A DNA stretch of 64,000 bases, from positions 152,830,001 to 152,894,000 of the forward strand of contig OZ024743.1 of NCBI GenBank assembly GCA_964016885.1, read 5' to 3'. This DNA comes from Eledone cirrhosa. Its lineage: Eukaryota. Of the stretch, positions 1-13,010 are shown one piece after another. Every line of letters starts with the position of its first letter. Within the stretch, counting starts at the first letter, position 1. Made by a program: the position numbers and the translations under genes. The notes below the pieces were generated by a model. It ran no database searches and was not told where the DNA came from. It saw only the letters and a program-made list of their open reading frames with translations.

Positions 1-424
1 AATCACTTTCTTGTAAGCTAGTTGTGTATTCAACACACCATAATCGACTTGTTTTTATACAGTCACTATAAATCTTATAAACTGACATTTTTCATTGCCA
101 CACAGCATTGTGTATCTTATACAAGCACCACAGTCTTCCTTTTATATAGAAATAAATTCCTTTGATGCCAACAGATGTGGCAGTTCTATATACAATTTTT
201 TTTTGTTTTCCTCAGATCTTAGCCACTATGATATAAGTAACTATACTTCTTTTACAAATTACGTTACTTAGTTTCCAGAACTTATTTATTACTTGCAACA
301 AGTATCACAACACAATTCAATTTAGTCTTACTTATGCTGTCATATATTCCAGTAAATTTAGTGTGACTAAGTTCTGCCTAATGACAAGTCTGTAAAAGGT
401 TTGAGTTCTTGTCTACTTCCTTCT

Positions 425-560
425 CTAGTTGGTGAAATGGCAGTTATTAAGATATCAAATTACTTGCCTTGCAATATTTGCTCCAGCTCTTTGCACTTGG
501 AGTTCAAATTCAACTGTGGCCTGCTTTACTGTTCATCCTTTCAGAGTAAATAAAGTACCA
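425..560 (+). mobile_element. Old, diverged tRNA-type SINE copy
   Basis: GGTGAAATGGCAG head, GAGTTCAAATTC B-box-like motif and TTCATCCTTTCAGAGTAAATAAAGTACCA core; resembles the younger SINEs at 36118 and 46603. Confidence 0.5.
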
Positions 561-2088
561 ATCTAAAGTGATAGATTGGCGGAATTTTTAGAATGCCAGA
601 TGTGATACCTTGCAGTATTTGTTCTGGCTCGGTGTGTTTCGTGAATTCATATCCCACTTCCTGTTACCAGAAAAATGGTGCGCTGATAAGATTGAAGCAC
701 CTATCATTAAAGCGCTCCAAGAAACTCCTATAACAAAACCCTATAGAAGGCAGGTTAAGCCAATGCAAGGGTGAGCTGTAACAACACCTACTACCTTCTC
801 AACTAAAATACATGACTATTATTCTGATGCTGAGTGGCTTCTGTGACACTTGTAAATAACTGGTAGTGTATCTTTGCAGATCCTTGAATATTTAAGTATT
901 TTTGTGCAAGGCATTTGGATACTTTCCAGGTTTTGATCTTTTGCTGAACTTTGGTTTTGCAAGAGAACAAAGTTTGATTTCTAAGGTTCCAATGTACATC
1001 CATTTAAATGGGAGGGTGGAAGCTTCAAGGATTATGATGAAGAGTTTTGATTTCCATATGTATTTCAAATTTGTTTCTGAGGCTGCAGTTTTCTTTAATA
1101 ATTCTTCTAAGCCTTTCAAACGTTGCTCACTCATCTCACTGTGTGCATTTGTTGAATCATAGAAGGCCAAATAAAAGTCTCTTTTAAGTTCATGGATTGC
1201 CACATTAGAAGATTTCTTCTGTAGTTTTATATTTTTCTCCATGGATTAGTTAGGAGGAGGGTTTGTACCCATGACCTTTACATGCCCTCAGAGACTGGTG
1301 AAATCGATGCATACAAACATAATCTGCATTCAATCTAACTGAACTTTATGTTCTTTTTTATATTCATTGTGATTCGTTTTGTATTTGTTATGACACTTTT
1401 TACCAAAATTCTCACCGTTGGTCTTTAATGTACCTGTTTCAAAATATCAAGATAAAAAGAAAGTAAATGCTTGGAAGAAGTCTTTTAATCTTTTTATCCA
1501 GCACATTAGTGCTTGGTGTAGAGATAAATGTTTTCTTTCCACACGTGCATTAGAAGTTAAATATTCATTTTCAATGTTGCAAGCGTTTGGAAACTACTAA
1601 AAATAGTGTGTAGTTGGACTGAATATCAGTATGAATCTGAAGGGTATGTAGTTAGAGTTCAAAGCAAATGAAATATTTGAATAAAGGTTTGTTTATATAA
1701 GAAGAATAATAGACATGTAATTAAGGTTAAACATGAAGACTATGGTAAGATGTGATGTGAATTGATAATCATACAGAATGCGTATCAGTTAATTTAGTGT
1801 CTGTGCCTAGATTAAGCAATCTAACATGAGAAATGAGGTGTAAATTAAGAGAGACCATGCAAATGACTTTGAGCTATATTTATTTGGAAACATAGAAACA
1901 GAGTTGAACAAGTCTTGACAAAATCTGAAGAACACTTAATACATCAACCATGCACCAAATCACATGGGGTATGTATGTTATCCAAATTTCATTCCACCGC
2001 AAGACTATATGTTCAATAACATGAGGTGTCTCCTTCAATATTTCTTTCACTGTAAGACTGTGTATGCTTTAAACATAAAAATATTAGT

Positions 2089-2156
2089 ACCCCCCCCCCC
2101 CCCCCCTCCTCCTCCTCCTCCTCATCATCATCATCATCATCATCATCTTCATCATC
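2089..2156. repeat. Compound microsatellite poly-C/(CCT)n/(CAT)n
   Basis: Directly visible; explains the poly-P/poly-H ORF 1964-2170. Confidence 0.9.
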
Positions 2157-2823
2157 GCATGTGTAGTTAAAAAGTTTGTTCTGCAATTACATGGTACTGG
2201 GTTCAGTCATACTATATGACCCTTTTGCGATTTGTCTTCTACTAGAGTGGCAAGCAGATACCCTGTGAATAGAATTTGGTACATGGAAGTTACACAGAAT
2301 CCTGGTTTATACTATTAAAGCAATTTGAAAAGTCTTTAATAAAACATATTGAATTTAACATGAACATATGTATCTATTTCTATAGCTACAGTGTAACAAA
2401 ATTCATTAATTTTGTCATCGTATAACAAAAAGACTTTGAAGAGAACAGAAAACCTTATATAATAACATGTTTCAACTAGATCAGAAGGTTTTATATAGTT
2501 AACATGCATATATTCAATAGGTTTTCTATTTTATTTTATCCTTTATATAAATATAAGTTTGTTTCATTCATTTTTGGGTATGAACAAAGCTTATAATTAC
2601 AACTTCTATAATTCCAGTTCAAAATGAAATTTATAACCTGCTCGAAATCCTTAGCTTTTTCACACCATTATTTACACTCCCCCACCCCCATGCACACATA
2701 CACATATATATATTTTCTATCTATCTATTTATCTATACATCTATCGATCTACCTCTTTATCCATTTCTCTCTCTCACTCTCTCTTTCTTTCTTTATATAT
2801 ATATATATAATTATCATCATCGT

Positions 2824-2855
<32 letters not shown>

Positions 2856-3030
2856 CATCATCATCATAATCGTTTAACGTCCATCTTCCACGCTAGCATG
2901 GGTTAGATGGTTTTGTTCCATTTGATGCGGGAATGGTCGCGAGAATGTGTCTTGCTTGTATGGAAGTGTCTCTGGCAGATTTTACAGCTGGATGCCCTTC
3001 CTAACACCAACCACATTTACAGTATGGACT
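2856..3030 (-). mobile_element. RTE LINE 3' UTR/tail fragment
   Basis: (CAT)n tail plus CCACGCTAGCATGG and CAGCTGGATGCCCTTCCTAACACCAACC, shared with the 3' end of the RTE at 9722-11235. Confidence 0.7.
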
Positions 3031-3090
3031 ATATATATATATATGTAAAAGGTAAACAGAAACAAAACAAATGGCACAGTAGGAAGAAGG

Positions 3091-3128
3091 GCTTAATGTT
3101 TCGGATGCTAGTCTTTCATCAGTAGAAA
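3091..3128 (-). ncRNA. Degenerate minimal type-I hammerhead ribozyme in a short dispersed repeat (about 3045-3225)
   Basis: Minus strand: tcta CTGATGA aagac tagc atcc GAAA cattaag. The paralog at 41171-41206 restores the consensus CTGATGA-aGGAC-tagc-GTCC-GAAA-cgtTA. Confidence 0.55.
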
Positions 3129-3728
3129 GAATGAGAAATTAGAAAGACTGAGGGAACGGGCAGGGTAGAATTGGAAAAAAACCTTTTTGAGAAAAATAAG
3201 AAGTCCATCCATGTTGTCATCTCTTGATATTCATTTTATTAAGCCTAAATAGTGAGTCTTGCTACTCTGGAGTTTCATAGGGTCATTCTATGCTACCACT
3301 TGACTGATAGAACTGACCAGCACAACAAGTGACCTAATACCACTAACTCCCCTAAATCGCTTCCTACATAAATTTAAGAAAGATTCTTCACACCTCATTA
3401 TACACATGAGAAGGCTTTCCACATACAAGGTAAAACAGCTGGGCATCACGGTTGGGTTTATACCTTTCTCTATATCAACTCTGCTCTTTCCCATGCAAAC
3501 AGTACTACCCTGATTTGTGGTTTCCATTATTTGCCTTTCAACCTTTTCAGGTCGATAAAAATGTCAAGTACTGGCATCGATTCTTCCTCTAAATTTCTTT
3601 CCCAATTCACTTTTTTCTCTTTCTATATATATACATCTTTGAAAGAAATCTGCTTTATTCAGATTTGGAGAGGAGATGGACTACCTCAGGACCCTACATC
3701 CATACACCACCATAACATATATATATAC

Positions 3729-3803
3729 ACAGGGTGTCCCAAAAAATTTATATACACTTCAACAGCATTGTAATCAAAGTGTGTATACATTTTTTCAGAA
3801 CAC
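3729..3803. mobile_element. Tiny Tc1/mariner-like MITE
   Basis: Starts CAGGGTGTCCCAAAAAA...TATACACTT with an imperfect inverted end AAGTGTGTATA...TTTTTTCAGAACAC. Confidence 0.45.
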
Positions 3804-5383
3804 TAAACTGGTTGCACACATCATCAATCATGCTATATATGGTGGAGTCATACCCAAAGACTGGTGCAGCAGTATTCTCATAAATTGCTACAAAGGTAAA
3901 GGGGATGCTCTGGAGTGGAGCAATTATAGAGGCATAAAGCTGATGGATCACGTTATGAAACTGGCAGAAAGGATATTAGTGCAACTACTTAGAGAAAGGG
4001 TCAACTAGATGAGATGCAGTTTGGTTTTGTGCCTGGGAGAAGTACAACACATGCCCTCTTCTTAGTGAGACAACTACAAGAGAGGTTCTTAGAGAAGAAT
4101 AAGCCACTATACTTAGCTTTTGTTGACCTAGAGAAGGCCTTTGATAGGGTACCCCTATCTGTCATCTGGTGGTCCCTGAGGAAACTAGGTGTTGAGGAAT
4201 GGCTTGCGAGGACAGTTCAAGCTATGTACAGAGGTACTGTCAGTAAAGTCAGGGTAGGAATGGAGTTTAGTGAGGAATTCCAGATACAAGTAAGAGTACA
4301 TAAGGGTTTGGTCCTCAGCTCACTCTTGTTCATTATAGTCCTCCAAGCCATAACAGAGGAGTTTAAGACTGGCTGCCCATTGGAACTTCTCTATGCTGAC
4401 GATCTGGTCCTTATAACAGAATCAAAAGAGGAACTAGAGAATAAATCCTGGCTATGGAAACAGTTGGAATTAAGAGGACTGAAAGTGAACCTAGCTAAGA
4501 CAAAAGTGTTGATAAGTAAGTAAAAAAGAGGACAACACTCTGATTCCGTCAGGGAAATGGCCATGTTCGATATGCAGAAAAGGAACTGGCATAAATTCTA
4601 TAAAATGTACACAATGCAGATCTTGGGGACACAAGAGATGTAGTGGGATAGCAGGCAAACTAACAGGTAGGGAAAAATACATATGCAGTAGATGTAGAGG
4701 GAAATTTGACAGTAGAAGTCTTAGAGATAGACACATTTTTCAAATGCAAGTAGGTTCTATAGAAGTGGTTGATAGCTTCCGGTCCCTAGGTGATCAGATT
4801 AGCATACTGTTCCAAGGCCATAGTATCTAGAATAAGGACAGGTTGGAAGAAGTTTAGGGAGCTGCTTCCTCTGCTGATAAAGAAGGGTTTCTCCCTGCAT
4901 ATGAAAGGCCGGTTATATGATTCCTGTGTGAGATGTACGATGCTGCGTGATTGTGAGACATGGGCAGGAACTGCAGGGGATATGCAATGGCTGGAAAGAA
5001 ATGAAGCAAGCATGCTCCGTTGGATGTGTAATGTCAATGTACATGAACGACCAAGCATGGATGAGTTGAGAGAGAAACTGTGTATAAGAGGGATAAGTTG
5101 TAGTGTGCGGGAGAGAAGACTGTGATGGTATGGATATGTGATGTGCATGGAGGATGACCGCTGGGTAAAGAAGTGCCAAGAAATGCCACTAGAAGGAAGA
5201 CACAGTAGAGGAAGACTACGAAAATCATGGGCGGAAGTGGTGAGAGCGGACCTCAGATCACTGAAGCTCATGGGGGAGATGACCAAGGAACATGACAAGT
5301 GGAGAGATGCTGTGCTGAATAGGACCTATCCCACCATTGCAAGCAGGGAAAAGCAGATGTAAACTGATGATGATGATGATGAT
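3801..5383 (+). mobile_element. 5'-truncated, frameshifted RTE-clade LINE (RT, PHD finger, thumb, (TGA)n tail)
   Basis: ORF pieces KGKGDALEWSNYRGIKL, QFGFVPGRST, AFVDLEKAFDRV, LLYADDLVL and WC/RRL-like thumb; ends GATGTAAACTGATGATGAT. Confidence 0.93.
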
Positions 5384-6140
5384 ATATAGTACAGTTGAAT
5401 TTTGCAATAAATGTCTAAAGTTGGTAGAGTACTTAATCTGAGAGATGAGTTGTATTATATAAATATCTTTTATGACATTTTTTATGTAATAAAAATATTT
5501 ATCTTTTCCGTCATGCTACAGTAAAATTTATAGTGGCTATACTAACAGATTACAAAAGCATTGCCATTGCTTGCTTTGTCTTTCTGTGGTGAAGATTGAG
5601 ACATTTGGTTGTTTGTTTTTAGGACTAGCTGACTGAGGATATCCTTGAGCAGTCCTAATTGTTGATTAGCAATTTTTAATATTTGCAAATAGCGATTTCT
5701 TGGCAGGCTTCAAACTGTATGGTTAAGGAGATTGAAATGTAAGAATTTTAAAATATTTTCTTTATTAAATTTCTTTAATTTTTTTTATTGTTCTCTTATA
5801 TTCTATTTGGATATTATCATTTCATGACTGTAACGCTGTGAGTTCACTCTGATACAGGTTTTCACACCTGTTATTATTGAGAAAATTCCCTGAGCAACAT
5901 GGTCAAAATAATAGCATTGCATTGATCAAATTTCCTATTGTATACAAATATGTATATGTGTGTGTTCGGGGGGTTCCTGTGTGCGTGTATATATATATAT
6001 ATATGCAAAAGGTAATCAGAAATAACAACACAATCGGTAGAGTATCTGGAAGGAATATATTAGTTTAACACTTGTTTTGCATAGTTACGGCTTTCTAACT
6101 GTTTATCTATAAACATACCGTATTTCTGTAGAAATACAAA

Positions 6141-9100
6141 ATCATCATCATCATCATTTTACGTCCGCTTTTCCCTGCTTGCAAGGGTGGGATGGGTCCT
6201 ATTCAGCACAGCATCTCCCACTTGTCTTGGTCCTTTGTCATCTCCTCCATGAGTTTCAGCAATCTGAGGTTTGCTCTCACCACCTCCGCCCATGTTTTCG
6301 TGGTCTTCCTCTACTGTGTCTTCCTTCTAGTGGCATTTCTTGGCACTTCTTTACCCAGTGGTTATCCTCCATGTGCATCACATGTTTATACCATCGCAGT
6401 CTTCTCTCCTGCACACTACAACTTATCCCTCTTATACACAGTTTCTCTCTCAACACATCCATGCTTGGTCGCTTACGCACATTGACATTGCACATCCAAT
6501 GGAGCATGCTTGCTTCATTTCTTTCCAGCTGTCACATATTCTCTGCAGTTGCTGCCCATGTCTCACTACCATGCAGCATTGCACAGCTCACACAGGTATC
6601 ATATAACCAGCCTTTCGTACACAGGGAGAAACACTTCTTTGTCAGCAGAGGAAGCAGCTCCCTAAACTTCTTTCAACCTGTCCTTATTCTAGATACTATG
6701 GCCTCGGAACACTATGCTAATCTGATCACCTAGGGACCGGAAGCTATCAACCACTTCTATAGAATCTACTTGCATTTGAAATATGTGTTTATCATTGCGA
6801 ATTCTACTGACAAATTTCCCTCTACATCTACTGCACATGTATTTTCCCTACCTGTTAGTTTGCCTGCTATCCCACTACATCTCATGTGTATCCAAGATCT
6901 GCATTGTGTACATTTTATAGAATTTATGCCAGTTCCTTTTCTGCATATCGAACATGGCCATTTCCCTGACGGAATCAGAGTTTTGTCCTCTTTTTTACTT
7001 ACTTATCAACACTTTTGTCTTAGCTAGGTTCACTCTCAGTCCTCTTAATTTCAACTGTTTCCATAGCCAGGATTTATTCTCTAGCTCCTCTATTGATTCT
7101 GCTATAAGAACCATATCGTCAGCATAGAGAAGTTCCCAAGGGCAGCCAGTCTTAAACTCCCCTGTTATGGCTTGGAGGACTGTAATGAACATGAGCGGGC
7201 TGAGGACCAAACCCTGATGTATCCTACTTGTATCTGGAATTCCTCACTAAACTCTATTCCTATCGTCACTTTACTGACAGTACCACTGTACAAAGCTTCC
7301 GCTGTCCTCGCAAGCCATTCCTCAACACCTAGTTTCTTTAGGGACCACCAGATGACAGATCGGGGTACCCTATCAAAGGCCTTCTCTAAGTCAACAAAAG
7401 CTATGTATAGAGGTTTATTCTTCTCTAAGAACCTCTCTTGTTGTTGTCTCACTAAGAAGAGGGCATGTTGTACTTCTCCCAGGCACAAAACCAAACTGTA
7501 TCTCATCTAGTTTGACCCTTTCTCTAATTAGTTGCACTAATTTCCTTTCTGCCACTTTCATAACCTGATCCACCAGTTTCATGCCTCTATAATTGCTCCT
7601 CTCCAGAGCATCCCTTTGTAGCAATTTATGAGAATATTGCTGCACCGGTCTTTGGGTATGACTCCGCCATATATAGCTTGATTGATGATGTGTGCAACCA
7701 GTTTTGTGCCTACGTTCCTTGATGCGTACAGCATCTCAGCAACTATCCCCGACGGTCCAGTGGCCTTACCATTTTTCATTTCCTTAATTGCCTCTTGGAA
7801 CCTATATTCGTCAATCTTAATAGCTGATCCCTCTGTCTGATCTACTGGGGGTAATTTCTCTCTTTCCCATTCGTTATCCACATTCCTCAGTCTCTCATAA
7901 TGACATTTCCAGGCATCCTTTTTTGATCATTCGTGACACTAAGTACAGCGGCATCATTCCAGACATACTTATCTCCAACAACATTTTGATTTGCACTGAC
8001 ACACTGCCTTGCAATGTGAAACACTGCACATTACTGATCTTCCCATCACAGAACATTGACAAACCTCCTACTCTCCGCCTCCCTGCGTGCTAAGTACACC
8101 TGACGTCTAGCTTCTCTCTTAGTGTCTGTATATTCTTCCCTACTCCCACCATTTTTCCAAGCGTTCCATGCTAGTCTTTTGTCTCTAATAGCCTTATCTA
8201 CCGTGCTGTTCCACCACCAGGTCACTCTCTCTCTGGTTGGAGCTCTTCTCCATCCACAAGTTTCTTCAGTAGCCTGCAGCGAGTTGTCACGTAAGAAATT
8301 CCAGTTATCATCTATGTCATATGACTCTAAATCGTCTTCTTTTTCGTCATACACATCTTGAAGGGCTTTCCTAAATTTATATTTTAGTGAAAGGTCTTTA
8401 AGCTTCCAGACCTTTCTTCACGCCTTCCTGTATGTCTCATTCTGTCTCTTCCTCACTAAGATGTCACTAACGACTACCTATGTTGTGGGGTACATTCTTC
8501 CCCGGGGTATGTCTTAGTATTTGACACCATCTGTCTGTCTCACTGCCTAACTAGCAAGAAGTCAATCTGGCTTATGTGCTCGCCTGATTTGTAGGTTCTT
8601 AGGTGGTTGGCAGGTTTCTGGAAGTTAGTGTTGCAAATGGTTAGTGCACTTGCATCTCAAAATTCAAGAAGCCTCACTCCTTCTTCATTTCTTGAGCTGT
8701 AACCCTGCACACCATGTACCCCAGTGTATCCATCCTGGAGCTGTCCAACATGTCCATTGAAGTCCCCTGCTAGCATAACGATGTCTCTGTCCTCTGCCAT
8801 TGAGGCTGTTTGTAAACGTTGCTCGTAAAGCAGTCTTTCCCTTCTTTACCTAGGCCTGCCTAGGAAGCATAGGCAGAGATGATTGTCAGTAGTCTGTTGC
8901 TTACAACTAATCTAAGCTTAATTATTCTATTACTAACTCTAACTACCTCTATTGTCTTATCGATTCATCTCTCAGCCAGTAAAATACCTACCCCACCTAA
9001 CCCATCATCATTAACCCCCCCCCCCCCCGAAAAGCTTATAACTAAGATGTTTTCCTGCGATTAGTCTTGCAGAGGCACCTCTCCATCTCACATCTTGCAT

Positions 9101-9260
9101 GCAGCACACATCCACATGCCTGCTCTCCAGCATCTCCACCATCTCACCAGATCTACCTGTTAGAGTGCCAACATTAAGTGTGGCAACTCTGAAATGCGAC
9201 GTCTTCATATTCTTGTTCCTTTTGTCAATACATATCTGTATACAGCTATGCATGAATCTA
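6141..9260 (-). mobile_element. Near full-length decayed RTE-clade LINE (APE + RT), same subfamily as 3801-5383
   Basis: APE N-terminus RVATLNVGTLTGRSGEMVEML..DVCCMQDVRW, TWWWNS, KATGPSGIVAEML, AFVDLEKAFDRV and LYADD; (CAT)n tail at 6141-6157. Confidence 0.93.
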
Positions 9261-9265
9261 AATCC

Positions 9266-9425
9266 TAATGTGGTTGGTGTTAGGAAGGGCATCCAGCTGT
9301 AGAAAACCTGCCAGATACAGTCCTATGAGTGAGAAACGGACCCCTATCAATTTTGTCTCAAGTGGGACAATTCCCGTCTAGCCCATGCTAGCATGGACGA
9401 TAGACGTTAAACCGTGATGATGAAT
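9266..9425 (+). mobile_element. RTE 3' UTR/tail fragment, inverted relative to 9740-9898
   Basis: GGTTGGTGTTAGGAAGGGCATCCAGCTGTAGAAA...CCATGCTAGCATGGACGATAGACGTTAAACCGTGATGATGA. Confidence 0.75.
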
Positions 9426-9544
9426 ATGATATGTATTGAGCCAACTTTTGCATATTCATATGCAAATGAGATTAATCCCCTCATTTACACAGACAAGAAA
9501 ACCATATATTTTCGCCTGTTTTCATGTACAGCAGTCGCAAGAGT

Positions 9545-9603
9545 GGGAGGGATCATCCTGATGAGAACCAGTTAAGTTCGAAATGCACAAACGATTGTCC
9601 CCC
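9545..9603 (+). ncRNA. Decayed type-I hammerhead ribozyme
   Basis: CTGATGA GAAC cagttaa GTTC GAAA tgca ca aacgattgtcccc. Core and stem II are intact; the NUH triplet and stem I are mutated. Confidence 0.55.
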
Positions 9604-9721
9604 TTGCTTCTGCTAGACACCACTAGAGGGCGAAAGCCCCAGTGTTTTACATAGCCACCGCTTTCTAAATGTTTATCTATAAACATACCGCATTTCTTTA
9701 AAATACGAAATTTCGATACAT

Positions 9722-11235
9722 ATCATCATCATCATCATCATCATCATCATTGTTTAACGTCTATCGTCCATGCTAGCACGGGTTAGATGGGAATTGTCCC
9801 ACTTGAGGCAAAATTGATAGGGTGTCCGTGTCTCACTCGTATAGGACTGTATCTGGCAGATTTTCTACAGCTGGATGCCCTTCCTAACACCAACCACATT
9901 TACAGTGTGGACTGGGAGCCTTTTTACTGTGTCTCCTACACGACCACTTTACGGCGTGGACTGGGTGCTTTTTTGTCATGACACGTACACAACTTCTTTA
10001 GTTTGGACTGGATGTTCTGTGGTACCAACCTAACTTTATAGAGAAAGGGTGGTGTTTGTGGGAGGATGGAGTAGGGGTAGTGGGTTGAGGTGTATATTTG
10101 GTTAAGAGGTGCCTACTGATTATAGGTTTAACTTTGTACGTAGGGAAGGCGGGTCTTCTGTATTACTGCGTAGTGCCAAAGGTCTCAATCCAGTGACATC
10201 GTCTTAGAGAGGTGCAAGTGTGTAAGGTCGGATTTTATCAAGTCATCCTATGTTTTTCTGGGTCTACCTACTCCATAACTACCATCAATTTTGATCGCCC
10301 TGCACATTTTTATACAGGTGTCGTCTTTCATGCGCATCACATGACCATACCAATGTAATCTTCTCTCAAGTAAATAGCATCAGATCCCTCTTATTACTAA
10401 TTTCTCACTTAGTTCGTTTATGTTTTGCTGTTCGTGTATATTACTATTACACACCCAACGGAGCATGCATGCTTTGTTCCTTTCCAATCTGCACAGGTCC
10501 TCTGCACACAATGCCCATGTCTCACTGCCATGTAACATTGCCCTTTGTATACAAGCATCATACAATCTGCCTTTCATTTTTAAAGAGAAACCTTTTGTGG
10601 CTAACAGCGGTATAAGCTCTCTGAACTTTTTCCATCCCATTCTAACTCTGGCCACTGTACTTTTAGAGCACCCTCCACCACTGCTGGTTTTGTCACCCAG
10701 GTAATGGAAAGTGTCCACTATTTCTAGAGAAACATCTGGGCGTATAAGGCACTAGTACCCCGTGGGCACTTGCTACTTATTGCACCTGAGCATTGGCCAC
10801 ATATAAATCTATATTCTTAGATAGCTTACCTGTGATCCCACTACATCTTTTATGTACCAATAGTTTGCATTTGGGGCATAGAATGGAATTTCTACCTACT
10901 CCTTTCCTACACACTGAGCATGGCCATTTCCCAGAGGGCACCTGTGCCCTATTTTCCTTTCTACATACTAGAACTTTAGTATTAGACAAGTTAACTTTAA
11001 GGCCTTTTGATTCTAGGCCATGCTTCTAATGTTTTGAATTTCTTCTCTAGTTCAGCTATAGATTCAGCTATGGGAGTTAGATCATCTGCATAGAGAAATT
11101 CCCATGCACAGCCCTTCTTCAACTCTTCAGTTATAGCCTGTAGGGCAATAATAAACAGGAGGGGGCTAAGGACGGAGCCTTGATGAACACCTAGTTTTAT
11201 GATAAATTTTTCACTATAATCATTGTTAATTCTAA
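9722..11235 (-). mobile_element. 5'-truncated RTE LINE with long 3' UTR
   Basis: GVHQGSVLSPLLF, FLYADDL, KWPCSVCRKG..CPKC..VHKRCSG and FHYLGD..GGGCS; 3' UTR with subrepeats and a (CAT)n tail at 9722-9750. Confidence 0.9.
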
Positions 11236-11421
11236 CCATATATATATTTATTTATTTATATATATATTTACATAATGAAAAGGCAAATTATATTACTACA
11301 ATAATGAAAAAGCAAGTTATATTACTAACTACTTCCAATTTCTTTTATTATTTTCAAAATTATTTTGGTGATCATAGCCAGTATCTATCATTAGAATATT
11401 GTAACAAAGGGGAAATATATC

Positions 11422-12110
11422 GTCATCATCAGTATCTTTGTTTTAACGACCTCTTTTCCTGCTAGCAACGGTTGGACATGTTTACATAGAACAACTTAGT
11501 ACTAAAGTGGGGTTACTGATCTGTCAGACATGTCAGGGATCTACATCCTGTTTATGTATGGTCACATATTCTACTGAGTGCAAAGGCGAGCATGTCATAA
11601 CTTTGACATAACTGAGGGTCCTCCCAATCCTTTGTCAAACTTTCTATAGCTGGATGGCTTTCCTAGCACCAACCACTTTACAATGTGTACTGGGTGCATC
11701 TATCGTGTTGGGAGGCTGTCATATCTTGGCATGCCTGAGGGGATCTTTCTAGCCCTTTGTTTGGCAAGCTTTTGTTGTTAGATGATCATCATATCACCAA
11801 CTACTTTAAAGCATGTGCTGGGTGTATTTATCATGTAGATTACCAAACACTAGGGAGGCTGTCGTGTTTTTGACAGGACTGAAGGGTCCTCCCAACACTT
11901 TGTTTGACAAGCTTTCTATGACTAGATGCCCTTTCTATCCCTAAACACTAGGGAGGCTATCATGTCCTTGACACGACTGAAGGATCCTCCTACCTCTTCT
12001 TTTGGCAAGCCATCCATGGTTGGATGCCTTTCTCATCACCGACCACTTCACTGCGTGTACTGAGTGCATTAATCATGTAGATCACCAAAATTAGAGAGGC
12101 TTCTGTTCCA
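11422..12110 (-). mobile_element. Old RTE-type 3' UTR with diverged tandem subrepeats
   Basis: Repeated GGATG(G/C)C(C/T)TTCC..CACCAACCACTT..GTGTACTGGGTG..GGGAGGCTGTC units; related copy at about 61170-61400. Confidence 0.55.
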
Positions 12111-12131
12111 AGGTATGACTGACAGGGCGTC

Positions 12132-13010
12132 TCAACTCCACCCCCAAGAGGCATTTTTTTTTTTTTTTACAAGAGCATCCTGGGTTGTCCTCTGGTGTTT
12201 TTTTGTGGTTACTTCTGACTTCATCAATGGGCCACAAGCATAGCTAACTTTTACTGACTGCCTGTTAAATATCTCATACCTATGCTGGGGTGGGACGTGC
12301 TTATCTATTAGTTTTAATAATTTTCTTAAGTAACTCTTCACTCTAGGGAGTAGGGTGATGTGAAGTAGATGATTCTTATATTCTTATTCTTACTTTTATA
12401 TTGGTTGCTAGTATTTGGTATATATGTAATCCCATCCTTGATACCACTATCACTAGGTAATTTATTATAGTATGGGGTGGTCTTATCGAATATTTCTTTT
12501 AAGGAAGATAGATTTGTGATCTTACGACTAATGTAAGGGACATGGTTTTTATATACTAATGGAGAATGGCAGGACCCTCTGTTTGATATATCTTAATTCT
12601 TCATTGGACATATGGCTATATCTAAATCTTCATTGGACATGTGGCTATATCTAAATCAATGTCCAAGAAATTTGCATTAGTTAATTTAGTGTCCATTGAT
12701 ATATTGAGCCCTTACAGTAGTTTTCAGGAAGATTCAGCATGATACTGTAATCCCATCCTTGAACGTCTATATTAGGTTCTTATAAAACTTATCTAGGGAG
12801 TGACCATTTTTGTTATGGGAAACTGCCAGGCCATCATCATTTTATATGCCAATAGTGTGGTCTGGGAATTTATCCTTGAGAGTATGAAGTATAATCAATC
12901 CAACCAAATCACAACCAACGCTGTCATACAACTCCATTGAGACATCGAATGGATCCCCTGGATTCGATTTTTTAACCCAGGTGAAGTTGGTTAGGGTACT
13001 CATGGAATTT
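12132..13010 (-). mobile_element. Decayed Penelope-like element RT/thumb fragment (Naiad/Chlamys-like motifs)
   Basis: Minus-strand translation WVKK..PFDVSMELYDSVGCDLVGLIIL...IGI*NDDGLAV (YRDDG-type motif) and LLKLIDKHVPPQHRYEIFNRQSVKVSYAC. Confidence 0.8.

Noticed and set aside
892-1242. 116-aa minus-strand ORF as a host gene
   Set aside because: No recognisable domain and no consistent spliced partner; kept only as a possible relic.
1964-2170. Poly-Pro/poly-His ORF
   Set aside because: Translation of a compound microsatellite.
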